A DNA stretch of 64,000 nt from the human T2T-CHM13v2.0 reference genome, Homo sapiens. The stretch's first letter is position 1. Each line of letters starts with the position of its first letter. The stretch lies in the NCBI RefSeq assembly GCF_009914755.1, contig NC_060946.1, one strand, 5' to 3'. A model generated the notes under the pieces. It worked only from the letters and a program-made list of their open reading frames with translations, was not told where the DNA came from and did not search any database. Positions 1 to 17,344 of this stretch are shown here, in pieces. The position numbers and the translations under genes are program-made.

Positions 1-124
1 ATTTGGTAGTAGAAACAGGGTTTCTCCATATTGCCCAGGCTGGTCCGGAATTCCTGACCTCAAGTGATCCACCCACCCCGGCCTCCCAAAGTGCTAGGAT
101 TATAGGCGTGAGCCACCATGCCCC
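1..124 (-). mobile_element. Alu (partial, window edge)
   Basis: Alu consensus. Confidence 0.9.
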
Positions 125-2046
125 ATCTGAGAGTCTACTTTTAAAGGACAGCACAGAGACAAAGCAGTAGGCAAAGGGGTCTTTCAGGAACTCGTCCTCA
201 TAACTCCACATTGTCCCGCCTGTTGAGTAGGACTCAGTGGGTCTCCCTCCCCGGGAACAGTAGCCAGCCAGGGCTTTGGAATCAATGGATGCAGGCTCTC
301 CAGCTGCGTGAACCCGGATAAGTCACTGTAGCTCACTGGGCCCATTTGTTCATCTGTGACATGGACCACCTGTGTGCAGCCTGGGAGGCTGCTCAGCCCC
401 TGGCATTGGGACAATTTTCGTCAGTGCCATTGGCTTGTAGCTCAGCAAAGCCTGCACCTCCCTTGTTGTTTAATATTTGCAGACCTTGGGGAGAGAGCGC
501 CAGCATCTCTGCTTTCCAAATGGAGAAACTGAAGCTGGAGAGGATAAGGAAACTGGCCGGTGGTGATCTAGCTCCTACGGGAAGGGAGGGACAGGGTTTG
601 AAAGGGTCTGTCTGGCTTCCTAAGGAACCAGAGAGGAGGAAAAGAGCCTGTAACTTTGGCACATCCTGGGAGAAAAGGACCTGCCTGCCACATTCCTCCC
701 TCCCCAGGGACACTGTCTCTGTGGGCCCCAGGACGCCTTCTCCCTCCCAGAGAGGAAACCAAGATGGGAAGGAGGCAGGGGGCCAGGTCCGTATTCCTGC
801 AACAGCAGGACCTCCTGAAGGTCACGCCAGCCCTCAGGGCACCTCGGGGAGCTGTGGATTGCTGCTCAGTGTCCCCAACGTGAAGCTTCAGCAAAAGCAA
901 AATTGCCATGAAACCAAACCACCCATCGAGATTGGATATGCAGAAGCCTTATGGCTGTGGACAGAGTTCTAATCACCGTTTAAGTGGATTAGCAGATTCC
1001 TCTGTAAATCTTGGAATAAAACTAAAGCACACTCGATACCATGTGCACCTGATAAATCATCTGACATAGAGACGTTCCCAGGGGGCCGTGGAGCCCAGCA
1101 GGAGGAGCAGAGATGGAAACCCAGGCCGGGCTTGCCTCCCTGTGCCACCTCTCAATTGTGGGACCTTGAGCTGGTCACCTGGCCTCTCCTAGTGTCGTCC
1201 TCTGATCTCTAACTTGGGCTCATGAAACGATGGTGGAAATGAGGCAGACGATACACACGTGGAGGAAAGACTTCACACTCAGCCCGGTGGGTTTCATTCG
1301 GGCCCTTTTCATCATGACCGAGTCTTCCGTTACCTGTTACCACTTCACAGATTCTCCAGGACTTAGTGGTTTCCGACAGCAACCACGTCACACTTCTCCT
1401 GGTGTTTGTGGAATTTGAGCAGAACTCGGCCAGGCGAGTTTGCCCATGGGGCGTTGGCAGAGGGCACGTGGTGGTGTCCAGCTGGTGGCTGGCTAGGATC
1501 ATCCAAGACATGCCTTATGTTCCTGCACCTCTGGCCTCAGTGGGGACTGTTGGCCAGTGCACCTGCCCGCAGTGTCCCCAGCCTGATGTTCCCACGGTAG
1601 CTGTGCTTCTTCCAGGGCAGCTCAGGGTTTCCAGCAAAAAGGTTCCCGAGATCACAGGTGGGAAGAGTCAGGCTCTTTAGGACAGGAGAGAAGGACCTGG
1701 CCCAGAAACTGAACAGTTGCTTCTGTCAAATTCTGTTGATCCACACAGGGTCCTTGGGGACCTGTGGCTGCTGTCACAGTGGCTTAAAGTAACACATATT
1801 TATTTTCTTGCGATTCTGGAGGTCACAAGTCCTGAAATCAGGATCTCGGCAGGGCTGCATTTTTTCTGGAGGTTCTGGGGGGTATCTGTTTCTCTTCTAG
1901 TTTCCAGAGGCGCCTATGCTCCTTGGCTCCCAGCCCTCCCTCCCATCTTTTTCACAGCACACCACTCTGGCCCAGCTTCCCTTGTTACATCCCCTCTCCC
2001 TTCTGCTCACTAGATCCTCTGCAAGGGTCTTTGTGATCCTGTCCGG

Positions 2047-2420
2047 TATCTTAGTCTATTCCGGTTGCTATGACAAAGTACCATAAACAGAGTGGTTTAT
2101 AAACAACGGAAATTTACTTCTCATAGAGCTGGAGGCTCTATGAGTCTAAGATCAAGGTGCCACCAGATTCGGGCAAGTAACTGTAGCTCGCTGGGCCCGT
2201 TTGTTCAGCTGTGACGTGGACCGCCTCTGTGTGGCCTGGTTGGAATGATTTTTGTCAGTGCCGTTGGCTCACAGCTCAACGAAGCCGGCACATCCCTTTT
2301 CGTGATGAGGATTCGGTGTAGGATGAGGACCTGCTTCCTGGTTCATAGATGGTGCCTCCCGGCCGCGTCCTCGCGTGGAGAAAGGGGAAGCTCCCTGGGG
2401 TCGCTTTTAAAAGAGCACTC
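2047..2420 (+). mobile_element. MLT1A-like MaLR LTR fragment, interrupted at 2173-2309
   Basis: TCTTAGTCTATT...AAATTTACTTCTCATAG...AAGATCAAGGTGCCACCAGATTCGG consensus-like. Confidence 0.65.
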
Positions 2421-3630
2421 TGTCTGCCTGGAGTGTCTGAGGTGAGCCAGGCCTTTGGGGAGGTCTGGCTGGGAAGGGGCTTGTGGCCGGATAAGCGCCT
2501 CACTGAGTACCTGGTGAGTACCTGCCGTGCCAGGCACTGCCAGCTCCATGGCCCCAAAACTTGGCTCTGCAGGCCTCATACATGCAGGGCTGCCTTTCAG
2601 GGGAGTCCCGTTTACATTTATTGGCCCCATAGAGAGCAAGGAGGAAGCGTGTGTGCCTGCCTGGCAGGGTGGAATCTGCCGTGGCCCTCGTAGGGAACGG
2701 GGGAGGGAAGATGCCAAGCACTGATCCAAGTCAACGTTAAGATTCAGGTACGCGTCATGGCCAAGAATCTGAGTAAAGTTTCCATGTATTTTTTCTTTTT
2801 AGAATTGTTAAGTCTCTGTGCGAGCGTGATTTGCCGATTGTACTGTAACAAGTCACATAGACTGCATGTTTTCTGCGTGCTGGGGTCCATTCTCATTTAA
2901 TTCTCACCCACTTGCCCACCCTGGGAGGCAGGTGCTAGTATCCCGCCCATGTGACAGGAGAGGAAGTAGAAGCAGAGGTGTCGAGTAGCTCTCACGCCTG
3001 CTCCCTGCCTTCCAAGTGCACTCCTAGCTCCACGTGGCCAAATCCAACTTCCTTTTTGGGGTATCCCTAAAATGCCTCCTCTGCGGTACCGGACTGCGCT
3101 CAGGGTATCTCTCTTCCTGTGCACACCAGTCAGCTTTTGCTAATTATGCTGCATAACAGTCTCACTGGGCTGCAACATGTTTCTTTCTCGCTAAGGTTGG
3201 GAGGTAGACAGGCCAGCAGGGGCTCGGCCCACCTCCATGTACCTGCATTTTGGTACCGGGCTGAAGAAGTAGCCTCTTGACATGCCATTCTCAGGGTGGG
3301 GACTGGAATAAGAGTGGCCACGCCAAACTACGCTGTCTCCTTGGACGTGGTATATGTTATGTCTGCTCACGTCCCACAGCAGGGCACATGGCCCAGCCCA
3401 GAGTCAGTGGGGCAGGGAGGTGACTGCCCTCCAGGAAATGAAGGTGACACAGAGAGGAAGGGGACGCTTGTTGACGGCACCACAGTCTACTCCCGTGTGG
3501 CTCCTGATCAGCACCAGGTGCGGGGAGCACTGCCAAAATCTGCTTCTCATCCTCCCCCAAGTATGTACTGTTTGCTGGGTCTCAGGCCCTGTGTTGGACA
3601 CTTGATTTGAAGGGTTAAAACCAGGCACAG

Positions 3631-4005
<375 letters not shown>

Positions 4006-5086
4006 TCAAACAGTGTGACTGTTTGTAAGGTTTTTGGTTGTCGTGGAATCACCCTCCAGAAAGGTCACGTGCTTTGTAGAGCCTGAAGCCGGGGGTCACA
4101 GGCAGACCTTAGTGGCTCAGGCAGGTGGGGCTGGTGGCGAGAGGAAAGTCCCTCATCCTAACACTCACTCACGTGCAATGTGCAAACATAGCTGATGCGT
4201 CAGCTGGAGGTGAGGGCCAGCTGGCACTGGCAGGCAGGAGCCCAGCCTGGCTTCCTTGGGGGCCACCAGGGGTGACATAGACCCTCAGAGCCAGGGCTGA
4301 GCATCAGGAGGTTGGCAGGGCCTGGGGGACGCCAGGAGCTCTCTTGCAACAAGAGAGAAAAGCAGCATCTTAGAGTTGTCTCAGTGCAAAGGCTCACATC
4401 ACAGTCAGCCCCAGCAAGGCCAGGGAGACCCAGTCGAATACTTTGACCCCAGGTGGGCCTGTGTTTGTCTTTGTGTGTGTCCAGCATTGTGTTCTGTTTT
4501 GATGAGAATGTATGCCATGGGCTACGTTTTCATTTTCATCTTGGTGAAGGTTTACGTTGTTGATGACCTGTGGACTCTAAGGATCAGGGAGAGGACCCTG
4601 CATCCAGAGGTGGGCAGTTGGAATGTAAACCCCTCACGAGGCCAGCTGTGGACAGGCACGGAAGCCTTTCTCTCTCTGGACCCCTTTTCCTTATCCATGA
4701 AGTGGGTAACAGTAGCCTGCCTTGCCCACCACATTATTTCCAGTGAAACAATGCATTTTGCAAGCGGTAAAGCTGTGTATTTCAGAAATAAATGCCCAGT
4801 AAAAACTCTTTCAGATAAACCAAAGCTGAGAGAATGTATTTTCAGCAGAACTACACTATAAGAAATGTTAAGGGAAGCTCTGCAGAACAAAGAAATAGAA
4901 TGCCAAATAGAAATTGGGATCCTCACAAAGGAATGAAGCATGCTGAAAATGGCAAATATGTGTAAATAGAAAATAAATAGATTTTCTCATTTTTAAGAAT
5001 ATCTTTGAAAGTAGATTGACTGTTTAAATAAAAATAATAAAGTAGTATGAGGCTTAAAACATGTTAGAGTACTGGATAATGTATTA

Positions 5087-5397
<311 letters not shown>

Positions 5398-5504
5398 GGA
5401 TGGGATATGAGACTTATACTATAAGTAGAATGGTATAATATCATTTGAAATAGACTGTATTACATTAAATATGTATAATGTAAAACTAGGGTCACTACAA
5501 ATAA

Positions 5505-5846
<342 letters not shown>

Positions 5847-5974
5847 TAAAATGAAGTCCTAAAAAATAATTAGCCAGCAAAATAAAGTCAAGAAAAGAGG
5901 AAAAAGGAACAGATAACAAATAGTAGATGCAAACCTAGCCATATTGATAATTACATTAAGTCTAAGTGGCCTAA

Positions 5975-6355
<381 letters not shown>

Positions 6356-6821
6356 TAAGAGACAGGTTAACCCAGATAACATACTGAGTTTTTTAATTGA
6401 ATCAATATCCAGTCCAGGGCTTCTTATTCTGCCCTCACAGCCAAGCCATCTCATACCACTGGGACTTCCCAGTATGGCTTCCCTGTCTAGAATGCCCTTC
6501 TCTCTTTTGTCCTCTGGCAGGCTCCTACTCATCCCTCAAAACCCAGCTCTGAAGTTGCCCCCTGGGGAAGCCCTCCCCAAACCCCATGTCTTCCCTGTAT
6601 CATAAATATCCCTTTCATGGAGTTCTCAAATACTGCACTATCATTTTATTATTTGGTCTTCAGACTTTCTACTTCCTGAGGGCTGAGCCTACCTCTCTCT
6701 TCCTGGACAGTGCCTGGGTCCTGTGTTTTCACAGGGGTGTGGAGAGGACCAGCGCCTCTTCTCATTGTGATCACCCATCAAGCTCAGGTAAAAACTGCGA
6801 CTTTCTTTTCTGTTTTCTCAG

Positions 6822-6895
6822 CCTCAAAGACAAAAATCAAGGCGAACTCATCCCCCCTGTGCTGAGGTTCACAGTGACGTACCTGAGAGAGAAAG
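6822..6895 (+). CDS. ARHGAP8: ARHGAP8 coding exon (74 nt), start of RhoGAP domain: (Y)[24 protein letters not shown](G)
   Basis: Polypyrimidine tract + AG at 6820-6821, donor GTGAG at 6896; peptide recognised as BPGAP1; phase joins next exon. Confidence 0.95.
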
Positions 6896-9524
6896 GTGAG
6901 ACGGGGCCGGCTCCAGCTGGATGACGTGAGGGCTGCTGGGTGCACCTCTCTGGGTGGTTTGTCTTGGATCCTGAGCACCCACAAGCCAGGGGGTGTGACC
7001 AGGAAGGGAGGGGCTCAAGCACAGTGGCTCCAGGTCTGGGCTCTGGCCTCGGATGGTCTGGGTTTGAATCCTGTCTCCCCTGTGTACTAGCTGTGTGACC
7101 TGGGGCAGTTACCCTCTCTGGGCCTCCATTCCCTTGTCTGTCCAGTGGGGTTAATAACAAACCGTACATGACTTGTAGGATTGTTGTAACCCCTAAACGA
7201 GACAGTGCCTGCAAAGCACTTCGGGCAGTGCTGGTCTGTAGGAAGCCCTCTCGAAATGGGGACTCCTCTGATGGGATCAACTTTGATTTGCAGATACCAT
7301 TGCCAGTAGGGTGGGTGCAGTCAAGAACTTGGAGTGGGGTGAGCCTTGTGGGCTCTCCACAGCTCCTGAGGCTAGAACTGAGGTCCATGGAGAAGGTGCG
7401 TGGAGGCTGCTTTTACCTTAATGGGAGGAAAGAGGTTCCCACGGAGGAGCAGGCACCAGGGAGGCTTCCCTGGCACCACAGCTGCAGGTGTGCTAGGTGG
7501 GCCGGGTGGTCTCCAGCCTGGGTGCTGCAGCGCAGATGCGTGGGTGTCAGACAAGAAGTGAGTGCCCCCCCCATCCCCACCACCAAGGCAGGGCTGGCTC
7601 CTCTCCAGCCTCCAGAGCTCGGCTCAACAGTTGCTTCCTCAGGGAATCCCCCTAACATGGCCAGACCCCCTAAAGCAGACCCCAGCTCTGCCCACGGACT
7701 CAGCACTGTGGGCCCCGAGACCCCGCCACCGTGTGGTCCCTTGGCTGCTGCCGTTTCTCACATTTCCATCTGGCGGGGAGTTCCCATGCAATAGCTCTTA
7801 AAGCCACCGCCTCAGCCCTGCACCTTTCTGGTTACGAGTGGGTTGATTTCCTCTTTGGAGCAGGCCAGGTGGGTGGTCTTGGAAAAACCTGCTTTAGACA
7901 GGCGGGGCCTGGAGAGCCCCTCCTCACTTGTAGGCCAGGGTGCCCAGGAAATGTGCTTTGGCACGAGAGTCCATGCACATGGGGGTGGCATCAGTGAGCA
8001 GATGTGCTGGGCGGGGGCCTGGGAGACCATCTCCCTCAAACCCCAGACCCTGCGGCCCCAGCATTTCCCTCAGTCACGATGCTCAGCTGGCAGGTGAGCA
8101 GGTACGGGGGGCACCCCACACTGGGACCCCAAGAGGCCTGCCTGTCCCCGGCCTGGACTGCCCCTCCTTGCCCTCTACCGGTTAGGTCCTGCTTTCCGGA
8201 AGCCCTCTCCAATTCTGCCCCTCTCCCAGGCAGAACTGCCTTCTTCACGCCTCCCCATCATTCACTCATTCACTTGGGAGGCATTCGCTACGTGCCTCCC
8301 TCGTGCCAGACTCTGGGGATATCAAAGTGAGCACACGGGATGGGGAAGCAGCAGCTATTCCACCGAGAGCTGCCCAGATGCTGACTTCCATCAGGGAGAA
8401 GGCCCTGCCAGACCGGGGTCCCTGTTAGGGGGGTTGACCTTGTTGGGGGGCTTCCCTGAGGGAGGGGCAGTGGAGGTGAGCTCTGAGGACGGGGAGAAGC
8501 TGGCCATGCCGTGTGACAGAAAGGCCCCAGAGAGGAGAGCAGGTGAAGGGGCTCGTGGCTGTGGGAGTGCGGGAGCGTGCGGGGCTTCGAGGAAGTTGGG
8601 AGGAGAAGGGGAGGTCAGGCCTTGCAAGTCCCAAGAAGACTTGCACCTCCAGATGCCTGCGCCACAGTCCTAGGTCCTGGTGTTCCGGGGCACCCCCATC
8701 ATGCACCGCAGGCCCCCCAAGGGCAGGCTCAGGCCTGTTTCTCTTTCTGGCTCTGAAGCCAGCAGGGGCCTGGCCAGAGGGAGCCCTTCCCTCTACCCCA
8801 CAGCTGCTTTCATGAGCCAATTACAAGCACTGAAAATGCTCTTTATAAACTGACAATGGAGACAAGTTTTCTTCTTTGATTACAATCACCTCTTTAGCAG
8901 AATTGCCCAATTGAACTTGGACATCATCTATATCTTCACTGTCTAAACAGCAGCCACCAGCCCCTGTGGCAGTAGCTCAATAGGGCAGTTCATATGAGGC
9001 TCATGCAATTGAGTGACTAGATTTCTAATTTTATTTAATTTTAATTAAAGTTAAATCCCCATGTGCAGCTACTGGCTGCTGTGCTGGACAGCTCAGCCCT
9101 AGCTCTTGTGGGAAGTCACGTGTCTGGACGTCTCCCAGGTGCCAGGCACTTGCTGGGCATCACCGTGTCCAGTCCTCTCTGCAGCCCTTGGAGACAGGAG
9201 CTCATGGCCTTATTCTGTAGATAAACAAGGCAGATAGGCTCAGAGAGGCCGAGAGCTTTCTCTGAGGTCACACAGCTGGTAGGCAGAGCTGGACTAGAGC
9301 CTAGGTCTGTCTGAGATTAGAGTCTATTTCCGCTTTCCCTTTCCATGGACCACAGAGGTGGGAAATCGGGTGGGTTGGGGAATATGGAAAGGATTTGAGG
9401 AACAAATAAATGTGTGGAGGCCAGCCACAGGTGGGTGATGCCGTGGGCAGGAGAGTGTCATATAATGTCCTGGAAGCCCTTTGGGCTGGGACCTGTGAGA
9501 TGCCTGGAAGCTCCTCTCCTGCAG

Positions 9525-9602
9525 GCCTGCGCACCGAGGGCCTGTTCCGGAGATCCGCCAGCGTGCAGACCGTCCGCGAGATCCAGAGGCTCTACAACCA
9601 AG
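9525..9602 (+). CDS. ARHGAP8: ARHGAP8 coding exon (78 nt) with arginine-finger motif: [26 protein letters not shown](G)
   Basis: CAG acceptor 9522-9524, GTGAG donor 9603; EGLFR RhoGAP signature. Confidence 0.97.
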
Positions 9603-10481
9603 GTGAGGGTGTCCCGCAGTCCTGAGCCCCGAGCTGCCTGGTCAGCGAGCACAGCGCTCCGGGGCCTCAGAGTGGAGGCAGGGAAGCACCGCCCCCGCAA
9701 CCCACCCAACTCCCAGAAAACACTCAGGGTGGGGGCAGCTTCCCAGGAGGCATCGAGGGGCCCACTGGTAGTCCAGAGTGGGGACCTTTTGTCCAGACCC
9801 CCAACCCCACTGGGACATGGTGGCCGCATGATGCCATTTTGCCTTTAGGGTCTCTCCATCCACACCACGTGGCACGTGCTTTCAGGAGACACCCTGCAGT
9901 GCAGGGAAGCTGGTTTTTTATCTGGCAGCTCCCCCGAATTGGCTCAGCACGGCTTCCTTAACTGCCATGTGTAACCCGCAGGCAGGGGCAGTGGCCTCTG
10001 AGCTGAGGATGCATTGCACTGACGCTAATGAAGGCGCTGTCTTGCTGACAAGACTTGCCCTCGCTCCCACTCGCTCCCGTCATCAGTTGTGCATTACACA
10101 ATCATGGAGCATCAGGTCTGCACGGGGCCCAGCTCAGGCCTGCCTGTCTCAGGCCCAGGGCCTGCGGTGTCATCTCTGCCACAGACCTGGCCTCAGAGAG
10201 CTGGCATTGTAGCCGGGAGCAACAGCATGCCACAGAGAAGCCAGCAGCCCACCCCAGTCCCCACTGGGAGCCCGGGAGGAGGCAGTTAGGGTAGTGTAGG
10301 GGCTGATGGGTCCAGAGCACACCCATTTCTAGGTGGGGACAGCATCATCCCTAGGACACATGGCTCCAGCATCAGGTGCGTCCCATCCGGACATCTCACG
10401 CCCTGTGTCTCAGAGCTCGTTCTGCAGCGGCAGTGCCCAGGCCGGGGTGCAGACCTCAGCAGTGCTGTGTTGTGTGTGCAG

Positions 10482-10610
10482 GGAAGCCCGTGAACTTTGA
10501 CGACTACGGGGACATTCACATCCCTGCCGTGATCCTGAAGACCTTCCTGCGAGAGCTGCCCCAGCCGCTTCTGACCTTCCAGGCCTACGAGCAGATTCTC
10601 GGGATCACCT
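10482..10610 (+). CDS. ARHGAP8: ARHGAP8 coding exon (129 nt): [43 protein letters not shown](C)
   Basis: AG at 10480-10481, GTGCGT donor 10611; LKxFLRELPxPL RhoGAP motif. Confidence 0.97.
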
Positions 10611-12231
10611 GTGCGTAGCTGCCCTGGCGCAGGGGTGGGGGGCTTGGTCCTCAGATGCTGTCCCCCAGCTACTGGCCCAGGGTCAGGCTCTGGGGTGGCC
10701 GAGGTGACGTGTACCCACCCTCCTCCTGTTGCCATCTGGCACTGCAGGGCAAGAGAGGGGGTTGTTGGGGCTGCCCCCACCATGCACAGCCAGTCCACAC
10801 TGTCCAAAGGCAGAGGAGGTGGGGTCGGTCAGGGTTGTCCAGGCCGGTCTCTCAGGCACAGCTGGGCCAGGAGGCAGGGTGATGGGGGGCTCTCTAGATT
10901 TGGGGCTCATCATCCTGGTCAAAGTCCTGCCTGTAACCGCTCCCAGGCCCCAGACCCTCAGCTCTCATCTAGAAAGGGCTCTCGGCATTTCTCCCCAGAT
11001 CATTGTAGGATGCCAAGCATATATCATAGGAACTGAGCAGCTATAGTGTCTGATCCTACAGGCGCTTTGTGATGGGTCAAATGCTCAGTGTGGCTGAGCA
11101 CAGATGACTCGTAAAAAACTCCGTAACAGCATCTCAAAACACTGGTGAATGCTAAGGAAAGTGATGCCTCGAAAGAACCATAAAACCCCTCAGGCCTTCA
11201 TCTAAGTCATCGAACACCGTCTTTTCAAATGGGACTACCTCCAGCGCCCTCCTTTCTTCTTGGAGCACTAACAGTCGAAGGGGGGAGCTGATTTTGGTGT
11301 GAATTCTGAAGCAGCTCGGTTAAGATATCGTAAAGACAAATCTTGAATCTTAAAATCAATGTTTCTACCCCACTGTGTATTCAAGAATCACATTTGCCCA
11401 AAGGGCAGCCTGGCCTTTGTCCTGGCCCCTGGGGGGTGACTTCTGAACCTTGCACTTTCCCAAGGGGCAGGAGTTACCTTTGTCACTCATCAGGGGCCCT
11501 GATGGTTTATGGTAACTGATGGTTATGGTGTGACTCAAGATAGGGGTGTAGGGGTGGCCATTCCAGAAAGACCAATTACATGGTTAGAGGGTGCGGGCTT
11601 TGAGTGATGTGAGACCAGCCTGACCTCTGGGGAGGGCATGGGGCTGGAGACTGATTTCAGTCTCAAGGCGTCCTGTCAAGGTCGCTGGACCCCAAACTCC
11701 CCTCAAAGGCAAATTTACACCCATTTACTCAGCAGTGCTCCTAAGCGCCTGCCAAATGCAACGCCCTTTCTGAGATGGGGAAGGTCTCTCCTACACCCTG
11801 GAAGACCATGAAAGATGTTGAGGGCTGACTGACTTTGGCTAGTGGATGGGAAGCCTGGGAGAGTTCAGAGCCAGGCTGAGCCTCATGGAGACAAATTTGA
11901 TCATGCGCATAGAGGTACCTATCTGGTGGAGACAGAAGGAGGCACTACATTCAGCAGCATCCTACCAGCCGGGGCCAGAGCAGGCAAGATGGACAATGCT
12001 CCATCACCTGAATGCGCCAGGCTGTGTCCTAGAGAGAAGCTTCCAGAAGCCTCCCAACTTCATTAGCCCCTGCAGAGGGATGATGACTCCAGCCTCTGTA
12101 GGTTCCTGCTTGAGAAAACTCAATGCTGCCAGGCGAACTTACTGTTTGTTCCAGCCAAAACCTGGTGACAGGGAGATAGGCCCTGGAACCCCTCTTTGAG
12201 CAGCAGTTCCTTTAGAAAGCTTGCAATTGTG

Positions 12232-12530
<299 letters not shown>

Positions 12531-12941
12531 GCTTGCAATTATGAATCCTTTATCTGTCCTTTGAGATGAAAATCATCTACCACCCAGAGCTATGTCAAGG
12601 ACCTGAGAGCCATCTCTTTGAAATGAAAACATTCAAAGTGCTACCTCTGCCTCCCAGTCCCCGGGGAGGGAAGGACCCAGCTCTGGCTTGCACCACTGCC
12701 TCCGGTCATAAAGATACCAGACATTTGTCCACTTCCGGATAGGCACCAATTAACAAACCTGGAGAGCGTAGTCATATTAAGCAACCCTCTGTTGGGAAGG
12801 AAAAAATCCTTTCCTGCTACCCGTCTTAGGTTCATTGGTGGGAACCCTGTAACTTGTTATTCTGACAAAAGACAGATTCACATGAGAAAAGCATGCCAGT
12901 TTATTTAATGTAAGTTTTACATGACACAGGAGCCTTTTAAA

Positions 12942-12972
<31 letters not shown>

Positions 12973-13090
12973 TTTTTGAGACAGTGTCTCGCTCTGTCGC
13001 CCAGGCTGGAGTGCCGTGGCATAATCTCGGCACACTGCAACCTCCACCTGACATGGGAACCTTTATGAAAATGAAGAAAATGAAGACCCA

Positions 13091-13756
13091 GGCTGGGCAT
13101 GGTGGCTCATGCCTGTAATCCCAGCACTTTGGGAGGCCAAGGCAGAAAGATCACTTGAGTCCAAGAGTTTGAGTCCAAGAGTTTGAGTCCAGCCTGGGAA
13201 ACATAGTGAGACCCCATCTCTACAAAAGATTTTAAAAATTGGCTGGGCTTGGTAGTGTATGCCTGTAGTCCCAGCTGCTCAGGAGGCTGAGGTGGGAGAT
13301 CACCTGAGCCTGGGAGTTGGAGGCTACAGTGAGCCATGATCACACCACTGTACTCCAGCCTGGACAAAAGAGCAAGACCATGTCCCCAAAACAGAAGGAA
13401 TGATGGAGGGAGGGAGGGAGGAAAGCAAGCAAGAAAGAAAAGAAATAAAGAAAATGGGCTGGGCGCAGTGGCTCACTCCTGTAAACTCAGCACTTCGGGA
13501 AGCCAAGGTGGGTGGATCACCTGAGGTCAGGAGTTTGAGGTCAGCCTGGCCAACATGGTGAAACCCCGTCTCCACTAAAAATACAAAAATTAGCTGGGCG
13601 TGGTGGTGGACACCTGTAATCCTAGCTACTCAGGAGGCTGAGGCACGAGAACTGCTTTGAACCCAGGAGGCAGAGGTTGTAGTGAGCCGAGATCGCACTG
13701 CTGCACTCCAGCCTGGGCGACAGAGTGAGACTTTGTCAAAAAAAAAAAAAAAAAAA
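13091..13756 (+). mobile_element. Two tandem Alus (13091-13390, 13457-13756)
   Basis: Alu consensus. Confidence 0.88.
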
Positions 13757-14321
13757 GGAAGGGAGGAAGGAAGGTGAAGGAAGGTGAAGACATGGTTCAG
13801 CCCGAATGTTTTGATACTAGGTTTGGTGAAGAGTGGAAAGTCATGGAGCTTCAATTCCTTTTGTCATTCCGCTGTCTTTAGAGATAAGGCACCCTCTGGG
13901 CATAGGGAAGACCCCCTCCCATTAGAAGGTTTTATGATCTGCTACACAGAAGTAGGGGGAGTCAGAGAGAGCCCTTCCCACACCTGCCTTTCTTAGATTC
14001 CTTCAGCTCAATAACATATTCAGCATGCCCAGGCTCCATATTTGGGACAGTAGTGTTCCGGACCCCAGCATTCCCCCATCTGGAACTTTCCCCAGGAAGT
14101 TTTACAGTCCAGAAACTGAGTTGGTAGATTGTCTCATGTTGCATGAATCCTTCTCTCAGTGCTGTGACTAGGTCACTCCAGGGAAAGAGTTGTGTCTCAA
14201 TTCAGGAGGTAGCGGTGGAGGTGGGAGTAGGGTGACTACCTAAGTCAGCCTGTTAATAAGGGGCCTTTCTTTGTCAACAAACATGAAGTTCAGTGGTTTG
14301 AACAAACCATAAGTTCCGGGG

Positions 14322-14640
<319 letters not shown>

Positions 14641-15284
14641 TAAACTCCATTTTTTTAGTCAGGAGAACATTTAGTTGAGAAGATTCCTAGATGTTGGCTT
14701 GAAGTATCCTTTCATGGTAGAGAGAGAGTGGCAGCAGCTGGCCAGTGAATTCCATAGTTTGCAATTTAGATGTCTTTGGTGATGGCACTGGGTGTTCCGG
14801 TGAACTTTCTGAGCAGACTGAGTAGGAGGCACAAGGACTATCCGTACATCATCTGCTGTGATTTCTCTGAAGTTTATATCAAGTCTTCCAGCGTCAGCTT
14901 TTGGGGCTTTGGGGAAATGGCAGGTTTTAGTTCTTTGTCATGCCAACTCAGGGGGTAGGAGAAAACTGGAAATGTTAGCTTGGAGCGTCGTAGCCAGATA
15001 TTGGAGGAAAGGAGAGGAACTGAGAACCCGCAAGCGTGCGCCGTAGTTTTCCACGGGAGCATCATTTCTCTGTACCGTTGCTTCTCTCTTGATTCTCAGT
15101 TACAAAATAAGTCTGGTTTCATTAGAATTTGGCCTGATTATTTACATAAGGGCAGCAAGAATGGGAATTGACCTATGTCGGCTCTTTTTAAGTCTACCTT
15201 GCTAGAACTTTTAATAAGGAATCTCAGATTCACTTTTTAAAAGCCTCTTGAGGCTAGAAAGCCAAGTTAAAAATTTGCCATCAG

Positions 15285-15662
<378 letters not shown>

Positions 15663-15767
15663 TTAAGTTTCCTGGGCCTGCCAGGAAGCGGCCTTGCTTA
15701 CTCACTGTAACGTCATACATAACACTGAATAAGGCTAGTTGTCATTTCAAGGAATTCCCCTTGTATC

Positions 15768-16995
<1,228 letters not shown>

Positions 16996-17344
16996 ACAAA
17001 CCAAGATCTTATAACTTTCATACATAGTTTCATACAAGTTAAGATTACCTGTTGAGGGTGAAAGTTGTTATCAATATTTCAGGAGAAGGCCCTAAAGATT
17101 TTTTTCTTTGGCCAGTTTGTTTCCAAATAGTCCTTTTAACCTTGTTTTTTGTTTTGTTTTGTTTTGTTGTTTTTAACCAAAGGTGTACCTAATCCAATGT
17201 AACTCGAAACCCATAAGACTTTTTGTGGCCATGGATACAAGAGATGTTCTCAGAGTCCCCCAGGATCCAAAGTTACCCCACAGATAGCCAAAAGAAAGAC
17301 AAGCGCCCTCAGAGCTGGTGATGGCTGGTAGGATGTCAGCTGTC

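Noticed and set aside
346-972. 208-aa ORF
   Set aside because: Non-ATG start, no recognisable domain, intronic GC-rich DNA.
2745-2870. Donor-like CAG|GTACGC and acceptor-like TTTTTCTTTTTAG with a nearby TGCATG
   Set aside because: No exon with consistent boundaries or frame could be built.
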